Source: an uncultured bacterium
Lineage (GTDB): Bacteria; Margulisbacteria; WOR-1; JAKLHX01
Direction: 5' to 3'
Assembly: GCA_964603025.1 (NCBI GenBank)
Contig: CAZRTO010000003.1
Coordinates: 1-41,424 of the forward strand
DNA length: 41,424 bases
Positions 35,193 through 41,424 of the stretch are shown here, piece by piece. The notes below the pieces were generated by a model that saw only the letters and a program-made list of their open reading frames with translations, did no database searches and had not been told where the DNA came from. Every line of letters starts with the position of its first letter. Position 1 is the stretch's first letter. The position numbers and the translations under genes are program-made.

Positions 35193-35783
35193 ATGAGAGT
35201 AATAGCGGGATCAGCCAAGGGGAGGACGCTCAAGTTCCCGAAAGGCGCGGCAAAGCTTCGGCCGCTGTCCGATTATGCCAAGGAAGGTCTTTTTAACATC
35301 ATAGCCGCAAAAGTGCCGGACTGCAGATTTCTCGACCTTTTTGCCGGTACCGGGCAGGTCGGCATAGAAGCTCTCAGCAGGGGAGCGGAGCTTGCGATGT
35401 TCGTGGACTCCGACAAAAAAGCCGTGTCCGCCATATGGGATAATTTGAACGCCACATCACTGGCCGACAGGGCCGAAGTATTCCTTTCGGATGTGCTGAG
35501 GGCTATCCAGTCGTTCGATAAAAAAGGCGCGGATTTTGACATCGTTTATCTCGGGGCCCCTTATACGGTCCCTGTACTTGTTCCGGCCATGGAAAAACTG
35601 GCAAAAAGTGATATAGTAAAAGGCAAGGGGCTGGTCATTGCCGAACATACCAAGCGCACGGCTATGGCGGGTTCTTACGGGCTCCTTGTCAAGGTCCGGG
35701 AGGCCGTATACGGAGATACGATCCTATCTTTTTACAGGAGGCAGTCGCCTGATGAAAACAGCGGTATATCCGGGCAGCTTTGA
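35193..35783 (+). CDS. rsmD: 16S rRNA (guanine966-N2)-methyltransferase RsmD
   Basis: 196 aa. MRVIAGSAKGR N-terminus, LDLFAGTGQVGIEALSRGA SAM motif and YLGAPY (DPPY-like). Follows the recG stop directly. Confidence 0.85.
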   Translation: MRVIAGSAKGRTLKFPKGAAKLRPLSDYAKEGLFNIIAAKVPDCRFLDLFAGTGQVGIEALSRGAELAMFVDSDKKAVSAIWDNLNATSLADRAEVFLSDVLRAIQSFDKKGADFDIVYLGAPYTVPVLVPAMEKLAKSDIVKGKGLVIAEHTKRTAMAGSYGLLVKVREAVYGDTILSFYRRQSPDENSGISGQL

Positions 35784-36246
35784 CCCGGTAACCAACGGGC
35801 ATATTGACATAATAGACCGGGCGGCCAAGATATTCAAAACGGTATATGTCGCGGTGCTCAAGAACACCGATAAGGAACCCCACTTCTCTCTGGATGACAG
35901 GATATCCATGCTTAAAAAAGCCCTTTCCGGAAGAAAGAACGTCAAGATCGAGAGCTTTGAGGGGCTTCTTGTGGATTACGCGGAAAGAAAAAAAGCCCAT
36001 GCTATAATAAGGGGACTGCGCGCGGTATCTGACTTTGACTATGAGTTCCAGATGGCGCTTACCAACGCGCAGATGAACAGGGATATTGAGACCGTTTTTC
36101 TTATGACGGGGCACAAATATTCCTATCTGAGTTCGAGCCTGGTCCTGCAGATAGCTTCGCTCGGCGGGGATGTGTCGCAGTTCGTTCCGAAGATAGTGGA
36201 AGAAAAACTTTCGGGAGGAAGAAAAAGAAAATGGAAAGAATCCTAG
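35752..36246 (+). CDS. coaD: phosphopantetheine adenylyltransferase
   Basis: Conserved start MKTAVYPGSFDPVTNGHIDII at ATG 35752, with AGGAGG upstream. The listed ORF start at 35638 is an over-extension into rsmD. Confidence 0.95.
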   Translation: MKTAVYPGSFDPVTNGHIDIIDRAAKIFKTVYVAVLKNTDKEPHFSLDDRISMLKKALSGRKNVKIESFEGLLVDYAERKKAHAIIRGLRAVSDFDYEFQMALTNAQMNRDIETVFLMTGHKYSYLSSSLVLQIASLGGDVSQFVPKIVEEKLSGGRKRKWKES

Positions 36247-36698
36247 GCCTGCTCGACACGCTTGAATCCATGATCTGTGACAGTCCAAAGATACCTTTTA
36301 CCGGAAAGACCCTTATCAGGGAATCTTCCATTCTACAGATAATAGACAAGATCAGGCTTGTCGCCCAGAGCGAGGACAAAGTATTGTCGGGCAGCATGAG
36401 AAGGCACCCGGAAGCCTCTCAGTCCGTGAAGGCTCCTGAAACGATAGACCTTAAGCAGGTCCCGCCTTCCAGTGAAGAATCAGAGGCAAAAGCCATTCAG
36501 CTGATACAACAGGCTTATCAGGTCTCCAAAGAGATCCGTACCGGCGCGGACCGGTATGCGGATGAAGTGCTTGCGAATCTGGAGGCCACCACCAACAGGA
36601 TACTGCGAGCGGTCAAGAACGGCCGCCTGCGCCTCTCAAAGCAGCCCGCCGAAGAAAAGAGCGATGCCGCGCAGAATATACTTGCCGGCACCAATTAA
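36231..36698 (+). CDS. conserved hypothetical coiled-coil protein
   Basis: 155 aa. N-terminus ILGLLDTLESMI..SPKIPFTGKTLI......LQIIDKIR resembles a widespread small protein family often left unnamed. GGGAGGAAG SD. Overlaps the coaD end by 16 nt. Confidence 0.6.
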   Translation: MERILGLLDTLESMICDSPKIPFTGKTLIRESSILQIIDKIRLVAQSEDKVLSGSMRRHPEASQSVKAPETIDLKQVPPSSEESEAKAIQLIQQAYQVSKEIRTGADRYADEVLANLEATTNRILRAVKNGRLRLSKQPAEEKSDAAQNILAGTN

Positions 36699-36719
36699 CA
36701 GGCTGCCTGACACAATAAA

Positions 36720-37433
36720 ATGAGAAACGACGGAAGAACCAACAGCCAGCTCAGACCTATAAAGATCATAAGGAACTACCTTAAGCATCCGGAAGGTTCG
36801 GTATTGGTGGAGTCCGGAGGTACAAAGGTGATCTGCACCGCGACAGTGGAGGAGAGCGTTCCTCCGCACAGAAAGGGCAGCGGGCTCGGGTGGGTGACAG
36901 CTGAATACGGAATGCTGCCCAGGTCAACTAATACCCGCATGCGCAGAGAAGCCTCGCAGGGCAAGCCGCAGGGCAGGACGCAGGAGATCCAGAGGCTGAT
37001 AGGCAGGGCCCTGCGCTGCGTGACAGCGATGGACCTGCTGGGAGAGCGTACGATAATACTGGACGCGGATGTGATACAGGCCGACGGAGGAACAAGGATC
37101 GCGGCAATAAACGGTTGTTTTGTCGCGCTATACGACGCGGTCAAGAAGCTGATGGGAGAGCAGAAGATAAAGCTGAACCCGGTTAAGGAATTCCTTGCCG
37201 CTGCGAGCGTCGGCGTGGTCGGCGACCAGGTGATGCTTGATCTAAGCTACGAGGAAGATTCGTCCGCCGAGGTCGATATGAACATTGTTATGACCGAGTC
37301 AGGCAGGTTCGTCGAGGTGCAGGGGACCGCCGAAGGGGCGGCTTTTCCCAGGGAGATGTTCGACAGGATGCTCGATGAAGCGGCAAAAGGCATACACCGG
37401 GTCATTAAGGCGCAAAAGGAAGCATTGTCATGA
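36720..37433 (+). CDS. rph: ribonuclease PH
   Basis: 237 aa. RNDGR...LRP N-terminus, [14 protein letters not shown] and [12 protein letters not shown] motifs. Confidence 0.95.
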   Translation: MRNDGRTNSQLRPIKIIRNYLKHPEGSVLVESGGTKVICTATVEESVPPHRKGSGLGWVTAEYGMLPRSTNTRMRREASQGKPQGRTQEIQRLIGRALRCVTAMDLLGERTIILDADVIQADGGTRIAAINGCFVALYDAVKKLMGEQKIKLNPVKEFLAAASVGVVGDQVMLDLSYEEDSSAEVDMNIVMTESGRFVEVQGTAEGAAFPREMFDRMLDEAAKGIHRVIKAQKEALS

Positions 37434-38491
37434 AAGCTCTGATACTTTCCGGAGGCGCAGGAACAAGGTTGCGTCCCCTTACCCACACAAGCGCAAAACA
37501 GCTTTTGCCTGTAGCGAATAAGCCGATAATATTCTACGGTATAGAGGCCATCGCTGCCGCCGGAGTAAAGGACTTTGCGATAATAGTCGGGGACACCGCG
37601 GACGATGTCATGAAAGAGGTGGGTGACGGTTCAAGGTGGGGAGTGAAAGTTTCTTATATCAGGCAGGAAGCCCCTCTGGGCCTTGCGCATGCCGTTAAGA
37701 TATCCAGGGATTTTATGAAAGACGAACCTTTCATAATGTTCCTGGGGGATAACCTGCTCAAAGAAGGCATCCCGGAGTTCGTCTCTAAGTTCAGGGCCAA
37801 CGATCCCAACGCCCTGATACTGCTCACAAAAGTCCCCAATCCGCAGCAGTTCGGAGTGGCGGAGCTCTCTTCTTCCGGCAGCGTGACAAGGCTGGTGGAA
37901 AAACCCAAGCAGCCGAAAAGCGACCTTGCGCTTGTGGGCATTTATCTGTTTGACAGCAATATCTTCAAGGCCGTTGATGCCATAAAACCCTCTCAAAGAG
38001 GCGAGCTGGAAATAACTGATGCCATACAATGGCTCCTGGATAACGGCTATAAAGTAGAGCCGCATATGGTTTCGGGATGGTGGAAGGATACTGGAAAGCC
38101 CGAAGATCTGATCGAGGCCAACAGGCTGGTTCTGGAGATGATCAAAAAAAGCGATGTTACCGGTACTGTGAGCAAGGATTCCGTTTTGACGGGCAATGTC
38201 ATACTGGGAAAAGGCAGCGAGATATCTGGCAGCAGGATAGACGGGCCGGTCTCTATAGCCGACAACTCAAAGATATCAGATTCACAGATAGGGCCTTTTG
38301 TGTCTATAGGCGAAAACTCATCGGTCGAGAATTGCAGAATGGATAATAGCATAGTGATGGAGGAATGCCGCATCAAGGACGTAAAAAAGAAGATCACTTC
38401 CAGCATCCTGGGCAGGGGAGTGAACATCTGCGGTTCATGCGGCGCCCATAGCTTTGTGATAGGAGACAGGAGCGATATTTCGCTGGCATAG
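37430..38491 (+). CDS. rfbA: glucose-1-phosphate thymidylyltransferase, long form (nucleotidyltransferase plus C-terminal left-handed beta-helix)
   Basis: 353 aa. [23 protein letters not shown] signature. C-terminal hexapeptide-like repeats. Directly upstream of rfbB. Confidence 0.8.
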   Translation: MKALILSGGAGTRLRPLTHTSAKQLLPVANKPIIFYGIEAIAAAGVKDFAIIVGDTADDVMKEVGDGSRWGVKVSYIRQEAPLGLAHAVKISRDFMKDEPFIMFLGDNLLKEGIPEFVSKFRANDPNALILLTKVPNPQQFGVAELSSSGSVTRLVEKPKQPKSDLALVGIYLFDSNIFKAVDAIKPSQRGELEITDAIQWLLDNGYKVEPHMVSGWWKDTGKPEDLIEANRLVLEMIKKSDVTGTVSKDSVLTGNVILGKGSEISGSRIDGPVSIADNSKISDSQIGPFVSIGENSSVENCRMDNSIVMEECRIKDVKKKITSSILGRGVNICGSCGAHSFVIGDRSDISLA

Positions 38492-38513
38492 TATAAGCAA
38501 AGGAGGTCTGGCC

Positions 38514-39536
38514 GTGAAAAAGACGATATTGGTTACGGGCGGGGCGGGTTTTATAGGAAGCAACTTTGCGAGGTTCCTTACAGGCAAATATCCCGATTAT
38601 AGAGTTATAGTGCTGGATGCCTTGACCTATGCGGGGAATATGGAAAATCTGGCTGACCTCAAAGGGAAAAAGAACTTTCAGTTCGTAAAAGGGGACATCA
38701 GGGATAAAGATACAGTGGACAGGATCATGAAAGATTGTTCCTCGGTAGTGCATTTCGCGGCCGAAACCCACGTGGACAGATCGATAATGAACGCAGACTC
38801 TTTCATCACGACAGATGTCTATGGCACCTACTTGCTTTTGGAATCGGCCAAAAAATACGGGGTCGAAAAATTTGTCCATATATCCACTGATGAAGTATAC
38901 GGCGAAGCTGTGGGCAAGCCTTCTCTGGAAGATGATGCCTTGAACCCAAAAAGCCCTTATGCCGCCAGCAAGGCCGGTGCCGACAGGCTGGTATATTCCT
39001 ACTTCACCACTTTTAACATGCCTGTGGTAATATCCCGCTGCGCCAATAATTACGGTCCTTATCAGTATCCCGAAAAGCTTATACCTCTCTTTGTCTCGAA
39101 CGCCATGGAGGACAAGCCCCTTCCGGTGTATGGTACCGGCAAGAACACCAGGACCTGGATACATGTGACCGACCACTGTGAGGCTATAGATCTGTTGCTG
39201 CACTGTGACGCAAAGCATCATGGCGAAGCGTTCAACATCAGCTCCAGGGAAGAGTTCAGCGTGCTTCAGATAGCAGATGTTATACTCAAAACGCTCGGCA
39301 AACCGCAGAGCCTCCTTAGATATATTGACGACCGTCCCGGGCATGTTGTCAGGCACGCGGTAGATCCCGCAAAGATCGAAAAAACCCTTGGCTGGAAGTC
39401 GAGGATAAGTTTTTCCGACGGGATGAAAGAGACCATAGCTTGGTACCGGGATAATACTTCCTGGTGGCGGAATATAAAGGATAAACAGAATGATTACAAA
39501 GAATTCCAGGCCAAATGGTACAAGGCCGATAAATAG
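38514..39536 (+). CDS. rfbB: dTDP-glucose 4,6-dehydratase
   Basis: 340 aa. GTG start with AAGGAGG upstream. VTGGAGFIGSNF, STDEVYG and YAASKAG (YxxxK) motifs. Confidence 0.95.
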   Translation: MKKTILVTGGAGFIGSNFARFLTGKYPDYRVIVLDALTYAGNMENLADLKGKKNFQFVKGDIRDKDTVDRIMKDCSSVVHFAAETHVDRSIMNADSFITTDVYGTYLLLESAKKYGVEKFVHISTDEVYGEAVGKPSLEDDALNPKSPYAASKAGADRLVYSYFTTFNMPVVISRCANNYGPYQYPEKLIPLFVSNAMEDKPLPVYGTGKNTRTWIHVTDHCEAIDLLLHCDAKHHGEAFNISSREEFSVLQIADVILKTLGKPQSLLRYIDDRPGHVVRHAVDPAKIEKTLGWKSRISFSDGMKETIAWYRDNTSWWRNIKDKQNDYKEFQAKWYKADK

Positions 39537-39571
39537 CAAGGGGCAGGCATCGGTGCCCGGCTGCCGATATT

Positions 39572-39580
39572 TGCTATAAT
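39572..39580 (+). promoter_or_regulatory. extended -10 element (TGcTATAAT) upstream of the polysaccharide export gene
   Basis: tgctataat at 39572-39580. The ATG lies 15 nt downstream with a weak AGGAA element. Confidence 0.4.
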
Positions 39581-39595
39581 TAGACTATAGGAACA

Positions 39596-40399
39596 ATGTA
39601 CAACAGGATTATAAAGTCAGTAGCTGTCGCTTTGGTAATAACCATGTCTTTTCCTCCTGCGGGCCTCTTTGCCCAGCAGCGGACGGCCGGACAATCACCG
39701 GCTTACTACATGCAGAACGATTCTATCGACTCGATACTGTCTTCAGAACAGGTGTATGAGGACTACTTTCTTGGAATGGGCGACGTGATCGACGTACATA
39801 TGCTGGTAGGGGATAACGCGCTGGCACTTGATTACACATTTGAGATCGCCAACAACGGCGCGATATTTTTCCCGAACATAGGCGAGATCAGACTTTCCGG
39901 GCTTAAACTCAAAGAGGCGCGGGACCATATGAAGAAAGAGATAGGCGCCAAATTCAAGGAGCCGTTCACAATATCGGTTGTGCTCGCCCAGCCGAGGCTA
40001 ACCCGCGTTTATCTGAGCCAGGATGATTACATACAATCGCTCGCGAACCTTGAGAGGTTCGTTTTTGTCTACGGTGAGGTATCAAGGCCGGGACGTTATA
40101 CGTTCTTTGCCGGGAGAAAGATCTCCGATTACCTGAACCTGGCAGGAGGACCTTCAGCGGCCGCGAATCTTTCTTATGTTACTGTGACCAGGAACGAGAA
40201 CGGCTCGTCAAAGAAATATAACGTGAATGCCGATAAAATACTTTTTAAAGCCGACCGTTCAGATGACATGGAAATAAAGGACGGGGATGTGATATCGGTA
40301 CCAAAGAACTGGTTCTATTTCTCTGATTTCGCTTCGTTCGCGAGCTTGGTGATGTTGACCCTGACGTTCTACACGACCGTGACAAGATATGTCAGATAA
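39596..40399 (+). CDS. polysaccharide export protein (Wza-like Poly_export/SLBB domains) with C-terminal hydrophobic helix
   Basis: 267 aa. Signal-like N-terminus. GDVIDVHM...FEIANNGAIFFPNIGEIRLSGL (Poly_export). GEVSRPGRY...DGDVISVP (SLBB). C-terminal FASLVMLTLTFY helix. Confidence 0.8.
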   Translation: MYNRIIKSVAVALVITMSFPPAGLFAQQRTAGQSPAYYMQNDSIDSILSSEQVYEDYFLGMGDVIDVHMLVGDNALALDYTFEIANNGAIFFPNIGEIRLSGLKLKEARDHMKKEIGAKFKEPFTISVVLAQPRLTRVYLSQDDYIQSLANLERFVFVYGEVSRPGRYTFFAGRKISDYLNLAGGPSAAANLSYVTVTRNENGSSKKYNVNADKILFKADRSDDMEIKDGDVISVPKNWFYFSDFASFASLVMLTLTFYTTVTRYVR

Positions 40400-40408
40400 T
40401 AGGGGGAT

Positions 40409-41311
40409 TTGATGGAGGACGAGATAAGCCTGAAAGATATGATCGACGTGCTTGTGAGGCAGAGAAGGACCGTGCTTTGGTTCCTGGTTTTTTGCATTGT
40501 TCTGTCCCTGGCCGTATCTTTTCTGATGAAGCCTCTTTATGAAGGCAAGACCCAGCTCCTGATAAGGGTGGCCGGCACATCAGGGGTATCGCAAATGGCC
40601 GGTCTGGCCTCCATGATGGGATTGAATCTGGGAGGCGGATCTGCCGGAGGAGGCAGCATTGTCGAGATTGAAGAGCTTATCCAAACCCCGGCCGTTGAAA
40701 GAAGAGTAAGAGAGATGATCTCCGGTCATCCGAGCTTGGAAGGCACAGCTCCCGAAGAAATAGATCTCGGCAAGATGAAGACAAAATCCAAGGGTAGCAT
40801 AATGGATATAACGGTCAGGCATGAGAACCGGGTGCTTGCCGCCGATATAGCAGATTCATATGTCGAGGCGGTGAGCTATTATTGGAATAAGCTGAACATA
40901 TCTGAAGCCAGAAAGAAACGCGAGTACCTGGAAGCCCAGATACCTATAGCCGAAGCCGAACTGGACAAAGCCCAGAATAAACTGAAGAGCCTGACCTATC
41001 TTGTTACCCCGTCAAAGTCTATTATTTCGGGAGGACAGATAATTAAGACGGTCGATATCTTAAGGCTGGAAAAAGAGCTGGAGATCCAGGGCTCGATATA
41101 TCAGATGCTTAAAACGGAGTATGCTAACGCAAAAGTCCAGGAAGCCAAAGAAGTTTCCCCATTTACCGATATAGAAAAATCCGAGGTCCCGGAAAAGCCT
41201 GCTGTTCCCAATAAAAAACTAAATCTCGCGGTTGGGCTACTAATGGGGCTATTTGGAGGGGTGTTTTTTGCATTCCTCGTTGACTACTTTCAGACGGCAT
41301 ACAAAAGCTAA
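40409..41311 (+). CDS. Wzz/GumC-type polysaccharide chain-length determinant protein (no kinase domain)
   Basis: 300 aa. N-terminal TM ([18 protein letters not shown]), periplasmic coiled-coil region and C-terminal TM ([22 protein letters not shown]). Confidence 0.8.
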   Translation: MMEDEISLKDMIDVLVRQRRTVLWFLVFCIVLSLAVSFLMKPLYEGKTQLLIRVAGTSGVSQMAGLASMMGLNLGGGSAGGGSIVEIEELIQTPAVERRVREMISGHPSLEGTAPEEIDLGKMKTKSKGSIMDITVRHENRVLAADIADSYVEAVSYYWNKLNISEARKKREYLEAQIPIAEAELDKAQNKLKSLTYLVTPSKSIISGGQIIKTVDILRLEKELEIQGSIYQMLKTEYANAKVQEAKEVSPFTDIEKSEVPEKPAVPNKKLNLAVGLLMGLFGGVFFAFLVDYFQTAYKS

Positions 41312-41424
41312 ATAAATCTTTCGAATCTTTCTTTCCCGACCTTGCATATAGGGCATATTCCGGGCGGTTCATTGCGGGCGCATAGGTATCCGCAGACACG
41401 GCAGCGCCAGACGGGATAGGATGA
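41308..41424 (-). CDS. rubrerythrin-like protein, C-terminal rubredoxin-type domain only (gene continues beyond the window)
   Basis: Hand translation of the - strand from nt 41424: [38 protein letters not shown], stop (reverse complement of cta at 41308-41310). The W.C..CGY...P..CP.C....F pattern is typical of the rubrerythrin C-terminus. Too short for the ORF track. Confidence 0.55.
   Translation of the reverse strand, partial: SSYPVWRCRVCGYLCARNEPPGICPICKVGKERFERFI

Noticed and set aside
38394-39539. 381-aa ORF on the - strand spanning the whole of rfbB in antisense
   Set aside because: The + strand product has unmistakable dTDP-glucose 4,6-dehydratase motifs (GGAGFIGS, YxxxK) and a strong SD. 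The antisense translation is low-complexity-like, with no motifs and no SD. Long stop-free antisense frames are a known by-product of codon-biased genes. It is striking in length but there is no positive evidence of coding.
1-41424. Search for tRNA, rRNA, tmRNA, SRP or RNase P RNA, riboswitch or T-box leaders, transposases, integrases, toxin-antitoxin pairs and restriction-modification genes
   Set aside because: The intergenic spacers are short, and the longest (7293-7438, 16892-17417, 32908-33119) contain no cloverleaf-compatible or conserved-motif sequence that I could recognise. cysE, cysS and serS are too tightly spaced for T-box leaders. No mobile-element or defence-type proteins appear among the translations. 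Absence is by eye only and should be confirmed with tRNAscan-SE, Infernal and similar tools.

Overview
This is a gene-dense bacterial chromosomal window of about 40 CDS. G+C is roughly 50% by hand counts of sampled lines. All calls rest on reading the supplied translations and the DNA by eye; no database search was possible.

Most of the window is housekeeping:
- DNA repair and uptake: an AddB-like nuclease (5' partial), rmuC, uvrB, recG, comEA and comEC.
- Translation: rpmE-prfA-prmC-mtaB operon, cysS, serS, rpmB, rsmD, rph, RNase J.
- Metabolism: asd, dapA, cysE, coaE, coaD.
- A dTDP-sugar and polysaccharide-export block at the 3' end (rfbA-like, rfbB, Wza-like, Wzz-like), followed by the C-terminus of a convergent rubrerythrin-like gene.

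I recognised no rRNA, tRNA, CRISPR array, transposase or integrase.

Three segments are not ordinary:
1. 2158-5683 (- strand) is a cassette of two paralogous proteins I cannot assign to a family plus a B12-domain radical SAM enzyme with a CX4CX2C cluster motif. The rSAM gene and the 313-aa gene are visibly lower in G+C than their surroundings. This is my best candidate for an undescribed system.
2. 20761-25482 (- strand) is an outer-membrane operon driven by a perfect TTGACA-17-TATAAT promoter. It encodes two PorV/FadL-like beta-barrels flanking a secreted protein with a FlgD-Ig / T9SS-CTD-like tail. One barrel is fused C-terminally to three SLH domains.
3. 30128-32713 is a hydantoinase/oxoprolinase-family (ASKHA) protein abutting an orphan FliJ-like coiled-coil protein with no spacer.

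Other observations:
- A hairpin plus heptamer-repeat motif is shared by two unrelated coding regions.
- A ~40-nt GGCCC-TAAAGG intergenic repeat family occurs in three copies, two of them inverted upstream of recG.
- Several operon-head genes appear leaderless.
- A strongly SD-supported 59-codon ORF is missing from the ORF track.
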